Of a DNA stretch of 35,286 bases, positions 9,148 to 17,697 are shown in pieces; position 1 is the first letter of the stretch, and each line of letters begins with the position of its first letter. Under the pieces are notes generated by a model. The model made no database searches, was not told the DNA's origin, and saw only the letters and a list, made by a program, of their open reading frames with translations. The DNA is taken from assembly GCA_020355085.1 (NCBI GenBank), contig CP070657.1, forward strand, positions 1,166,615 to 1,201,900, in the 5' to 3' direction. The position numbers were made by a program, and so were the translations under genes. Source of the stretch: Deltaproteobacteria bacterium. GTDB lineage: Bacteria; Desulfobacterota; DSM-4660; Desulfatiglandales; B25-G16.

Positions 9148-9927
9148 GTGCCCTTTGGATATAATGCAAATATGAGCTATCCCGAGCCTTTTAATCCTCG
9201 CTTTTCCCTTATCATCCCGGCCTACAACGAGGAGGCATATCTTCCCCACTTGTTGGATACCGTAAACGCAGCTCGCCAAAGGTATGCCGATGGGGCAGAA
9301 GCCATTGAGGTGATCGTAGCTGATAACACATCAACCGATGCAACCGCTCGTGTTGCCCGTTCTCGGGGATGCCGGGTAGTGCAGGAGCGGCGGCGCCTCA
9401 TCGCGGCGGTACGCAACCGCGGCGCTCGGGCCGCCAACGGTCAGGTGCTCGCATTCGTTGACGCCGATACCAGAATCCATCCCGACACGTTCAATGCCAT
9501 TGATCGCACCCTTTCAACAGGCAAGGTTATAGCCGGAGCAACCGGGGTAAAGATGGAGAGGATGTCCCTGGGAATAGCCATAAGCTTCATTGTTGTGGTT
9601 TCCATGGTCTGGCTCACCGGCATGGACACCGGAGTAGTCTTTTGCCGGAGAGAGGACTTTAATGCAGTTGGTGGGTACAACGAAGGCCGTTTGTTTGCAG
9701 AAGACGTCCGGTTGCTGCTGGACCTTAAGCAATTGGGCCGGTCGAAGGGGCAAAAGCTGGTCCGCATCAGATCGGCCAAGGCTATCTGCTCTACCCGCAA
9801 GTTCGACGAGCTGGGAGAATGGCATTATCTAAAGATGTTGGGCCGCCTTCTTTATGGGCTCATCTTCTCGCGGCGTTCTTTAGACAAATATGCCCTTGCC
9901 TATTGGTACGACAATCAGCGAACCTGA
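9148..9927 (+). CDS. Family 2 glycosyltransferase
   Basis: 'FSLIIPAYNEE', 'VADNTSTD' and 'FVDADT' (DxD) motifs. The start is either the GTG at 9148 or the ATG at 9172. Confidence 0.85.
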   Translation: MPFGYNANMSYPEPFNPRFSLIIPAYNEEAYLPHLLDTVNAARQRYADGAEAIEVIVADNTSTDATARVARSRGCRVVQERRRLIAAVRNRGARAANGQVLAFVDADTRIHPDTFNAIDRTLSTGKVIAGATGVKMERMSLGIAISFIVVVSMVWLTGMDTGVVFCRREDFNAVGGYNEGRLFAEDVRLLLDLKQLGRSKGQKLVRIRSAKAICSTRKFDELGEWHYLKMLGRLLYGLIFSRRSLDKYALAYWYDNQRT

Positions 9928-10224
9928 TAAGCCCCTCTCCCAATTCCATTCAGCAACGTTACTGCGATTAGATAAACCTGTCAGACCCAAAAACGGTAGC
10001 TTGCGCGTCACTAATTGGTGCATCAGGCCTCTTTCTTGTTGGCTTCATCTCCAGGCCAACGCCCGCAATTAAGAGCTGACCTCCTTTACTTGTGCCTCAA
10101 ACCCAATTAGCAAAAACGAAACTCAAAATTCTCCACAGAAAAAAAGTCGGGCCATTCATTCAGTTTTTTTGTATAAATACCTGCAAGGCACATTCTCTTT
10201 GGGTGCAATGGAGGATCTCAACTC

Positions 10225-11070
10225 ATGCATTTCTTTAAGTATCACGCACTCGGCAATGACTATATCGTCTTAGATCCTGAAGATGTCGGAGACGAACCAA
10301 CGACAGCACAAATCCAGCTGGTTTGCCACCGGAACTACGGCATCGGCTCCGATGGCATTCTTTTCGGTCCGTTGGAAACCCCGGAGAATGACTTCGCCGT
10401 GCGCATCTTTAATCCCGACGGGAGCGAGGCAGAAAAGAGCGGCAACGGTCTCCGTATCTTTTCCCGTTATCTGTGGGATAAGGGGCTGGTCGGAACGAAA
10501 CCGTTTACCATCTCGACGGCTGGAGGAACGGTGCAATCTCAGGTCCACGAAGGAGGTGATCAAGTTACCGTGGATATGGGCGCGGTGAGTTTTAACAGCA
10601 CCCTGATACCCGTTGAAGGCCCACCGCGGGAGGTAATCAACGAGACCATAGCGATAGATGACCAGGAATTCAGGTTTTGCGCCGCAACTATTGGCAACCC
10701 CCACTGCGTCGTACTGCGCGATGAGGTGTCTGCGCAGGAAACTCGGAGATGGGGACCTCCTCTCGAGAATGATACCCGTTTTCCCAATCGGACCAATGTT
10801 CAGTTTATGAAGATAATTGACCGGGGGAACATCCAGATCGAGATCTGGGAGAGGGGAGCGGGCTATACCTTGGCCTCGGGTAGCAGCAGCAGCGCGGCAG
10901 CAGCCGTTGCCCGCCGTTTGGGTTTTTGTGATTCCAACATAATCGTGCATATGCCCGGTGGCACCCTCGAGATTACCGTTGCAGATGACTTCTCCATATC
11001 CATGACCGGACCCGTTACCCCTATCGCCGAGGGCACCATATCACCTGAAATGTTCGACCAGCGACTCTAA
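10225..11070 (+). CDS. dapF: Diaminopimelate epimerase
   Basis: 'FFKYHALGNDYIVLD', 'FNPDGSEAEKSGNGLR', 'IGNPHCV' and 'ERGAGYTLASGSS' are classic DapF motifs and include both catalytic Cys/Ser-region signatures. Confidence 0.93.
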   Translation: MHFFKYHALGNDYIVLDPEDVGDEPTTAQIQLVCHRNYGIGSDGILFGPLETPENDFAVRIFNPDGSEAEKSGNGLRIFSRYLWDKGLVGTKPFTISTAGGTVQSQVHEGGDQVTVDMGAVSFNSTLIPVEGPPREVINETIAIDDQEFRFCAATIGNPHCVVLRDEVSAQETRRWGPPLENDTRFPNRTNVQFMKIIDRGNIQIEIWERGAGYTLASGSSSSAAAAVARRLGFCDSNIIVHMPGGTLEITVADDFSISMTGPVTPIAEGTISPEMFDQRL

Positions 11071-11304
11071 AGGCCTTAAGGCTCTATTTACCCGCAATGG
11101 CTGAGGCCTGAACCGCTTTGAGAACCGAACTTACTGATAAAAGCATCAAATAGTCTAAACTATTGGGAAGGGGGCATGAGGTCTTTCCTGCTGTGACTGG
11201 CGGGAGGCCGCTGTCCTTTTCACGGCGTATCAATGGGGGAAGCCGCATCCCCGAGCTTGTCGAGGGGAATGCGGAGGGGGCAGGAATCCCCTGTTGATAC
11301 ATCG

Positions 11305-11331
11305 TAGAAAAGATCCCGCTTTTCAGCGGGA
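11305..11331 (-). terminator. Candidate intrinsic terminator (CCCGCT-GAAA-AGCGGG followed by TCTTTTCT on the minus strand)
   Basis: GC-rich 6-7-bp stem at 11314-11331 with a tetraloop and a T-rich tract downstream on the minus strand. It lies about 75 nt below a 34-codon minus-strand ORF (11405-11509). Confidence 0.3.
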
Positions 11332-11681
11332 GAGCCTTGGAACAGAGGAAAAGACCTTATTTCCCCTCCTACATCCTTCTCGGTTATGTCGAGTGCAAAC
11401 AACACTATTTTGTCGCTAGTGTGTCACAGAGAACAAATTCTTTGTCACCGAAGCCCAGCAGTTCACTCTTGGCTGTGCGGTTATACCCTTGTAGCTCTCT
11501 CATGTTCATGCCATTCTAGAAACCATATTCCCTTGTTTGCTCACGTGTCGAACTTGTGATAGTATTTCTTGTTAGTAAACGAAGATATTCGCAGGTTTTC
11601 TTTCGGTTCCATTGTTATCCTATTGCAAGGGTTACCTTCCCTCTTTCGTGCCGAAAAGGAAGCGGAGAAAGGAGGGGCGAA

Positions 11682-12092
11682 ATGTTCCGCAAAGAGATTC
11701 GTGGCCTGATATGGGCCTTTTTTCTCATCTCCCTTGGAGGTTTGCTGTTGCACGTTCGCATCCATCCACCTGCCAACAGCCTGTTCAATTGGATTCCCGC
11801 TGCATTCGGTGCTGCCAATGCCTTTGTCTTGCCCTTTCTCTTTAACGGACGCGCTACCGCTCCATGGGGCTATCTTATAACCTGGGTCACCGTTGCTACC
11901 GGTACGGTAACCATGACTTACTATTCAGCAGCAAACTGGTCGCTGCCCTTGACCGTGAAAACCGTTATGCTGTACTCAACCCTGCCCGATATCATAATCC
12001 TCTGGGCCAAGGTCTTTCTGGCCCATAAGATCCTAAGATTTCATTGGCCCAATGGCGTTCACCTGGAGAGAGGAAGGGGGTGTGCTGAATGA
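11682..12092 (+). CDS. Small hydrophobic membrane protein (about 4 TM)
   Basis: The ATG at 11682 is preceded by GGAGAAAGGAGGGG. The sequence is strongly hydrophobic. Its stop overlaps the next start (ATGA), implying translational coupling. Confidence 0.6.
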   Translation: MFRKEIRGLIWAFFLISLGGLLLHVRIHPPANSLFNWIPAAFGAANAFVLPFLFNGRATAPWGYLITWVTVATGTVTMTYYSAANWSLPLTVKTVMLYSTLPDIIILWAKVFLAHKILRFHWPNGVHLERGRGCAE

Positions 12093-13489
12093 GTCGCAAA
12101 ACTCATTACCCGAGCACCCTCCTCTCACCGAAATCCCGGGTCGTTCTGGGAATCCTTCTCATTGCCGTGGCCGTGGGAATTTTGGCCGGGGCTGCCACCA
12201 TAGCGTTTCACGGGCATGAAGAGCTACCCGCCTTACACGAGGGCGAAAAAGGGGGCCTCCATGAGGAGGGAAAAGCATGGCAGGGGATACTGGGAAAGAT
12301 GTTCGGCCTATTGGCCGCAGCGCTGGTGTTGCTCCAATTCCCGCTGAGCGCAAAGCTCAAGTTCCTTGACCGCGTCTTTGGCTTACATCGAGTGCTCTTT
12401 ATGCACAGAATTATCGGGCCTTTCACGGCCGCGTTTGCAACCTTGCACCCCATGTTTCTGTACGCTCCGGAGGGAAAAACCCTGGGCGCCATCCGGTTAG
12501 GGATTTGGCCTGAACTTGTAGGCGTGGTGCTCTTGATTGGGGTGTGGATCGGAGCATGTCTCTCGCTCTGGAGGGCTTTTCTGGGAATACCCTACCAGAT
12601 CTGGTATCGATTTCATCGCCTGGGCATGTTCAGTGCCGTAGTGCTGGTTGCCGTCCACGCCCTGAACGTGACCGGTGTCGCCAAGCAAGGCTGGCCGCTC
12701 TATGCACTGCTCATTGCCCTTATCCTCTATGTGGCCCTGTTTGTTTGGACAAAAGCGATGAAACCAAAGCTCCTGAAGCGGAGCAGGTATTCGATCTCCA
12801 AGGTATTCCCCGCGGGGAGGGATACCTACGCCGTTGAACTCTCTCCCAGCGAAGGAAGTGTTTTCGATTATGCCCCCGGCCAGTTTGCCTTTGTTACCTT
12901 TCACTCCGAATCACTGCCGGTGGAGCGCCACCCCTGGACCATCTCATCCACGCCTACCCGACCGCAAAGCCTGATCTTTACTATCAAGTGCAGTGGCGAT
13001 TTCACCGCATACATAGGCAGGCTCAAGGCTGGTGATACCGCTGAAATCGACGGGCCCTATGGGCTCTTCAGCTATTTAGCCTCTGTTCGAGACACGAACC
13101 GCGAACTGGTCATGATTGCCGGGGGAGTCGGGGTCACGCCCATGCTCAGCATGCTCCGGTACATGGTTGACGTTGACCAGATGCGAAAGGCTATCCTCAT
13201 ATGGAGTAACAAGACTGAGGAGGATATCTTGTGTCGAGAAGAGATTGATGAGATGGAGGCAAAACTGCCAAACTTCGCAGTGCATCACGTGCTGAGCGCG
13301 CAGGCGGATTTTCAGGGTCGCACCGGCCGCCTGAATCAAGACATGCTCAGAGAACTACTCTCAAACACAAGCCATGAAGCGTGTATTTTTGTATGCGGCC
13401 CGCCGCCCATGATGGATTCGGTGTGCAGGGATCTCAAAAAGATCGGCTACAGTGCGCGCACTATATTCACCGAGAGATTCTCTTACTGA
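12089..13489 (+). CDS. Ferric-reductase/NOX-like flavocytochrome (6-TM bis-heme domain plus FAD and NAD(P)H domains)
   Basis: Two H-x13-H pairs in TM helices ('MHRIIGPFTAAFATLH' and 'FHRLGMFSAVVLVAVH'). FAD motif 'RHPWTISS', NAD(P)H motif 'GGVGVTPM' and a C-terminal 'CGPPPM'. Confidence 0.85.
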   Translation: MSRKTHYPSTLLSPKSRVVLGILLIAVAVGILAGAATIAFHGHEELPALHEGEKGGLHEEGKAWQGILGKMFGLLAAALVLLQFPLSAKLKFLDRVFGLHRVLFMHRIIGPFTAAFATLHPMFLYAPEGKTLGAIRLGIWPELVGVVLLIGVWIGACLSLWRAFLGIPYQIWYRFHRLGMFSAVVLVAVHALNVTGVAKQGWPLYALLIALILYVALFVWTKAMKPKLLKRSRYSISKVFPAGRDTYAVELSPSEGSVFDYAPGQFAFVTFHSESLPVERHPWTISSTPTRPQSLIFTIKCSGDFTAYIGRLKAGDTAEIDGPYGLFSYLASVRDTNRELVMIAGGVGVTPMLSMLRYMVDVDQMRKAILIWSNKTEEDILCREEIDEMEAKLPNFAVHHVLSAQADFQGRTGRLNQDMLRELLSNTSHEACIFVCGPPPMMDSVCRDLKKIGYSARTIFTERFSY

Positions 13490-13536
13490 TCCCTCTTTTG
13501 CTGACTGCACCTGATCTGTAAAAAGATGGAGAGCTG

Positions 13537-14304
13537 ATGATTGAAGTTGTGTTTTTGGGTGTGGGCGAGGCATTCGACGAGACGCTCCCTAACACCTCCA
13601 TCCTCATCCGGTTCGGCGCTGAAAATTCTCCGGTAGCGCTGCTCCTTGACTGCGGCTTCACAGCTCCGCCCCGTTTATGGAAGGAGGCCTTGGAACCAGA
13701 TTCCGTAGATGCCATCTGGATTTCTCATTTCCATGGTGATCATGCCCTGGGGCTCCCGCCATTGCTCATCCGGGCCTGGGAAGAGGGGCGTAGCAAGCCT
13801 TTATTGATTCTGGGGCAGAAAGGAATAAGCACTTTCACCCGCCAGGCACTTGACCTGGCCTACCCGGGTTTCTATGAAAAACTGGCATTTCCAATTACAT
13901 TCGAGGAGATCGAACCCGGCGGAAATGTTGATCGCCTGGGCCTTACGTTTAGGACAGCCGAAACGGGCCATTCTCAGAGAAATCTGGCTCTGAGAATAGA
14001 TGCCGGGGGAAAAGCAATCTACTATAGCGGTGACGGCAAACCAACGCCGGAGAGCATGCTCCTGGCACAGGACTGCCATCTCATCATTCATGAGGCCTTT
14101 CATATGGAAACCGAGCTGCTAACACATGGAGGCGTTACGAGCTCCATTGATATGGCCAAGCGATCCGGGGCATCGCATCTCGCGCTGGTCCACATCCAAA
14201 GGAAGACGCGAGCACAGGTGATTGAAAACTTGGGACAATTGAGAGATCTGGCAGGCCCAGTACAGGTAATGGTTCCGGAGCCCGGCGATAGGATAGCGCT
14301 GTGA
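13537..14304 (+). CDS. MBL-fold metallo-hydrolase (RNase Z/BN-like)
   Basis: 'WISHFHGDHALGLP' HxHxDH motif, 'LLLDCG', a downstream 'HSQ' and 'HEAF'. GGAG RBS. Confidence 0.85.
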   Translation: MIEVVFLGVGEAFDETLPNTSILIRFGAENSPVALLLDCGFTAPPRLWKEALEPDSVDAIWISHFHGDHALGLPPLLIRAWEEGRSKPLLILGQKGISTFTRQALDLAYPGFYEKLAFPITFEEIEPGGNVDRLGLTFRTAETGHSQRNLALRIDAGGKAIYYSGDGKPTPESMLLAQDCHLIIHEAFHMETELLTHGGVTSSIDMAKRSGASHLALVHIQRKTRAQVIENLGQLRDLAGPVQVMVPEPGDRIAL

Positions 14305-14428
14305 TTGGCATTGTGACAGGACGCGGACAGGCGATTGGTCTTAGCACTACACACGTAATACATGCGGTGATCCTTAGTAGATCGAGGTGCCCATTCTGCT
14401 TTTGAGCTTGTCTTGACAAGTTTCCATT

Positions 14429-15151
14429 ATGAAACCTGCGAGTGACATAAAGGTTGGCTGCTGCGGTTTCATTGTATCACAGGCGGAGTATTTCAAGCTC
14501 TTCCCTTTGATCGAGATCCAAAACACCTTCTACCAACTCCCTCGACTTGGGACTGCGAAAAAGTGGCGCGACAGTGCGCCGCCGGGTTTCGAGTTCATCA
14601 TGAAGGCCTGGCAGCTTATCACCCACGAGCCATCAAGCCCCACCTACCGCCGGGCAAACATCAAGATCGACCCAAACAATTTTGAGCGCTATGGGTGCTT
14701 CCAGTCAACACGGGAGGTCCTGGAGGCTTGGGATCGGACAGCCCAGTTTGCCCACACATTAGGGGCAACCATTGTCCTGTTTCAGTGCCCTGCAAGGTTT
14801 CGGCCGACCAAAGACAATGTAGAAAACATGAGGGAATTTTTCGGCAGGATCGATCGGGCGGGCCTCCGGTTTGCATGGGAGCCTCGCGGCACATGGCCGG
14901 AAGAGCTCATGCTTCAGCTCTGCGAAGAGCTCCGGCTCATCCACTGCGTTGACCCGTTTAAAGACAAACACCTTTTCGGAGACATGCAGTACTTCCGCCT
15001 CCACGGGATAACCGGTTCTGCCTATCGTTATAGCGATGGCGATCTCTTGCAGTTGAAGGAATGGGTAAAAACAAAGCCCACCTACGTGCTCTTCAACAAC
15101 AACTGGATGAAAGAAGATGCCGTGCGGTTCACCGAGCTTATTGGAGCTTGA
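14429..15151 (+). CDS. DUF72 family protein
   Basis: 'VGCCGF', 'IEIQNTFYQLP', 'W....PPGFEFIMKAWQLITH' and 'YFRLHG' match my recollection of DUF72 conserved blocks. Confidence 0.75.
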   Translation: MKPASDIKVGCCGFIVSQAEYFKLFPLIEIQNTFYQLPRLGTAKKWRDSAPPGFEFIMKAWQLITHEPSSPTYRRANIKIDPNNFERYGCFQSTREVLEAWDRTAQFAHTLGATIVLFQCPARFRPTKDNVENMREFFGRIDRAGLRFAWEPRGTWPEELMLQLCEELRLIHCVDPFKDKHLFGDMQYFRLHGITGSAYRYSDGDLLQLKEWVKTKPTYVLFNNNWMKEDAVRFTELIGA

Positions 15152-15298
15152 ACACGTGCTTTACGCCCTTGAAAACGTCTAAGAAGCTGAACTCCATCCA
15201 CGACCAGCATTTTCGTAACATACTGAAATAGTTTTTTTTATTCCTTTATTGATCCTGCTGGGCCTTTCTGGTGTGCACAACCATGCCTCATCATTTTG

Positions 15299-15328
15299 TT
15301 GCATTATCCCCAAAGTCGGCAGTACAAT
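15299..15328 (+). promoter_or_regulatory. Sigma70-like promoter (TTGCAT-N18-TACAAT) abutting the DedA start
   Basis: The -10 hexamer ends 6 nt before the ATG at 15335 and no SD sequence is present. This is compatible with a leaderless or very short-leader mRNA. Confidence 0.3.
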
Positions 15329-15334
15329 CCGACC

Positions 15335-15712
15335 ATGCTCGATATCGTGAGGGAATTTGGTTACTTCTTTGTATTCATAGGCACCTTCATTGAGGGGGAA
15401 GCCACCCTGGTCATGGCCGGTGTCATGATCAGGGAAGGGAGTTTTACCTTTGCCGGTGTCGTGGCTATTGCAGTCGTCTCTTCCTTTCTGAGCCATTACT
15501 CCTTTTATCTCCTCGGACACCTAGGAGGTCGTAGCTTCTTGGCGAGGCTTCGCAATCTGGAGAGCAGAGTCCTGAGGGTCTATTCCCTCGTCCGACGCTA
15601 TGAAACCGCCGGGGTCTTTATCTTTCAGTATGTCCTCGGATTTCGGCTGGCTGGCTCAGTGGCCTTCGGATTGGCTGGGATGTCGCCCCTAAGGTACGGC
15701 CACTGCAGCTGA
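15335..15712 (+). CDS. DedA-family membrane protein, apparently truncated (possible pseudogene)
   Basis: 'FGYFFVFIGTFIEGEATLVMAGV' is the DedA N-terminal signature. The frame stops at about 125 aa. DedA-like sequence ('LQLISCVVCAP', then 'YEVLITAVVGRFL') continues in another frame and past a stop. Confidence 0.55.
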   Translation: MLDIVREFGYFFVFIGTFIEGEATLVMAGVMIREGSFTFAGVVAIAVVSSFLSHYSFYLLGHLGGRSFLARLRNLESRVLRVYSLVRRYETAGVFIFQYVLGFRLAGSVAFGLAGMSPLRYGHCS

Positions 15713-16066
15713 TAAGCTGCGTTGTTTGCGCCCCAAAATAGCTGTTGGTCAGACCCGACAATACTCATATATTGAGTGTAGCGAGCGGAAAAGACAAACC
15801 AAGGGTGTGTCAACCTGTCGCCAAGCAATATGAAGTTCTAATCACAGCCGTGGTTGGAAGATTCTTGCCTCAATTGATCTCTCCCCCCATGAAAAGGGGT
15901 ATTTCATCCTCTTATTGCAGGGTTTTCTTTGACATTTTGGGCTGTATTGATAAAAAGGATTTAAGATGTAGCGTGTGGTATATAATATTCCCTTCGATCG
16001 AGAGTTGTTTCAGATCACACACATTGGCCCTGGGTGGAACTTATGAATGGAAGGAAACGGCAAGAA

Positions 16067-17455
16067 ATGAAAAAATTCTTTTACCCCTCGAGCATCGTTG
16101 TCTTTGGTGTAGCGGATAAACGGACAAACCTGGCGCAGAACATTATTGTGAACTGTCGGGAGTTGGGCTTTAAGGGGAACATCTATCCGGTGGGGAAAAG
16201 CCCGGGCGTGGTCTACGGCAAAGAAATCATAACGGACCCGGAGTCTTTGCCAAGCGATATTGATCTGGCCGTGATCCTTGTGCCGGCTGAAGTTGTGCCC
16301 GACACGCTCGACATATGCGGGCGCAAGGGGATCCGTCACGCTGTCATTTCCACCGCCGGCTTTCGAGAATTCAACGAGGTTAACAATACCGCCGAGCGGG
16401 ACATGCTTGCTGTTACAAAACGATATGGCATCCGATTCCTCGGCCCTAACTGCATTGGCGTCATCTGCACCGGCTCAGGCCTTTGCACCCCATTCAACCC
16501 ATTGGAGCCAAGAAGGTTTAAGAAGGGGCCGGTCAGCCTTATCATCCAGAGCGGCGGGGTAACCACCCAATGTGCCTACACCTTCTCAGATGAACACGTG
16601 GGGTTCTCCAAAATCATCAGTGCAGGCAACAAGCTCATGATAGACGAGATCGATCTGTTGGAATATCTCATGGAGGACGAGGAAACCGAACAGATTCACT
16701 TGTATCTGGAAAGCATCGAACATGGCAGGGAGTTTCTGAGGCTTGCAGAAAGTTCAAGAAAACCCATCGTGATCTTTAAATCCAATGTGAGTCCAACTGC
16801 GGCAGAGGTGGCCAAATCACATACAGCTGCCCTTTCAAATGATGACGCCATCGTTGACGGTGCCTTGAAACAGGCAGGGATTATTAGGGCTGAAGATATC
16901 CGCGACATGACTGTTTGCGCAAAGGCGCTGCAACTCAAGCCCCTGAGAGGGAATCGTCTGGCGGCCTTATCCTTGTCGGGTGGCTTTTCCGTGATTATGG
17001 GAGATGCATGCGAGAAATACGGGTTCACCTGCCCTGCCCTGCCCCGTGAACTACTGAATAAAATTGAAAGCTATCGGCGAGCCGGGGTGATTCGCATGTC
17101 AAATCCCATGGATCTGGGCGATGTTCACGATATCGAGGCCCTCATCTTTACGCTCAGGAGCTGTTTGGCACTGGATTACATTGATGGCCTTGCCATGTCA
17201 CTCATGTACGAGCCGCAGATGATTACCCTGTTTGGCCGCGGCATGGGTAATCCTGAACAGATAGCGAGTTTCTTCAAATACCTCTGCGAGGAGAGCAAAA
17301 AACCTGTGGCGGTGAGTGTTGTCTGTGAAAGGCAGTACCTCGACGAGTTCAAACAGACAGGAATCTTCCCCGTTTTTAATGACCCCATAGAGTGTATCCG
17401 GGCGCTGCGTGCGTTGAAGGACTACTGGCACGGCAGACATGCTGAGGATACATGA
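16067..17455 (+). CDS. ADP-forming acyl-CoA synthetase alpha-type protein (CoA-binding plus succinyl-CoA-synthetase-like flavodoxin domains)
   Basis: 'FFYPSSIVVFGV', 'GFKGNIYPV', 'GPNCIG', 'IIQSGG' and 'AKSHTAAL' (phospho-His loop). No ATP-grasp (beta) domain in this ORF. ATG at 16067 with an AAGGAAA RBS; the ORF track starts at a GTG at 16034. Confidence 0.8.
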   Translation: MKKFFYPSSIVVFGVADKRTNLAQNIIVNCRELGFKGNIYPVGKSPGVVYGKEIITDPESLPSDIDLAVILVPAEVVPDTLDICGRKGIRHAVISTAGFREFNEVNNTAERDMLAVTKRYGIRFLGPNCIGVICTGSGLCTPFNPLEPRRFKKGPVSLIIQSGGVTTQCAYTFSDEHVGFSKIISAGNKLMIDEIDLLEYLMEDEETEQIHLYLESIEHGREFLRLAESSRKPIVIFKSNVSPTAAEVAKSHTAALSNDDAIVDGALKQAGIIRAEDIRDMTVCAKALQLKPLRGNRLAALSLSGGFSVIMGDACEKYGFTCPALPRELLNKIESYRRAGVIRMSNPMDLGDVHDIEALIFTLRSCLALDYIDGLAMSLMYEPQMITLFGRGMGNPEQIASFFKYLCEESKKPVAVSVVCERQYLDEFKQTGIFPVFNDPIECIRALRALKDYWHGRHAEDT

Positions 17456-17697
17456 GTAGTTAGAGCCTGAATCGCGACTGAGCTGACTTCCTCGCCCAAT
17501 GAGTCCGGTGTGTTTTCCCCCACAAGGCACCTCGATACGGAATCCTTCCCCTTACATTAAGACATCGGGTCCAATCCTGGCAGAAAATTTGTATTCGTAA
17601 TCTAATTCTGGTAGGGTAAAAAACGTTGTGGTTAGTTGTCCTGCACCGAAGCATTTTCTTCTAACCTTGAGCAATGGAGCAAAAAAAGGAGGGACCG

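Noticed and set aside
10270-10950. 226-aa ORF antisense to dapF
   Set aside because: It lies entirely inside the confidently identified dapF CDS. Its translation is Arg/Gly/Cys-rich and not protein-like, which is a typical antisense-frame artefact.
15179-15520. 113-aa minus-strand ORF opposite the DedA gene start
   Set aside because: The plus-strand DedA signature is clear. The minus-strand product has no motifs and would run through the predicted promoter.
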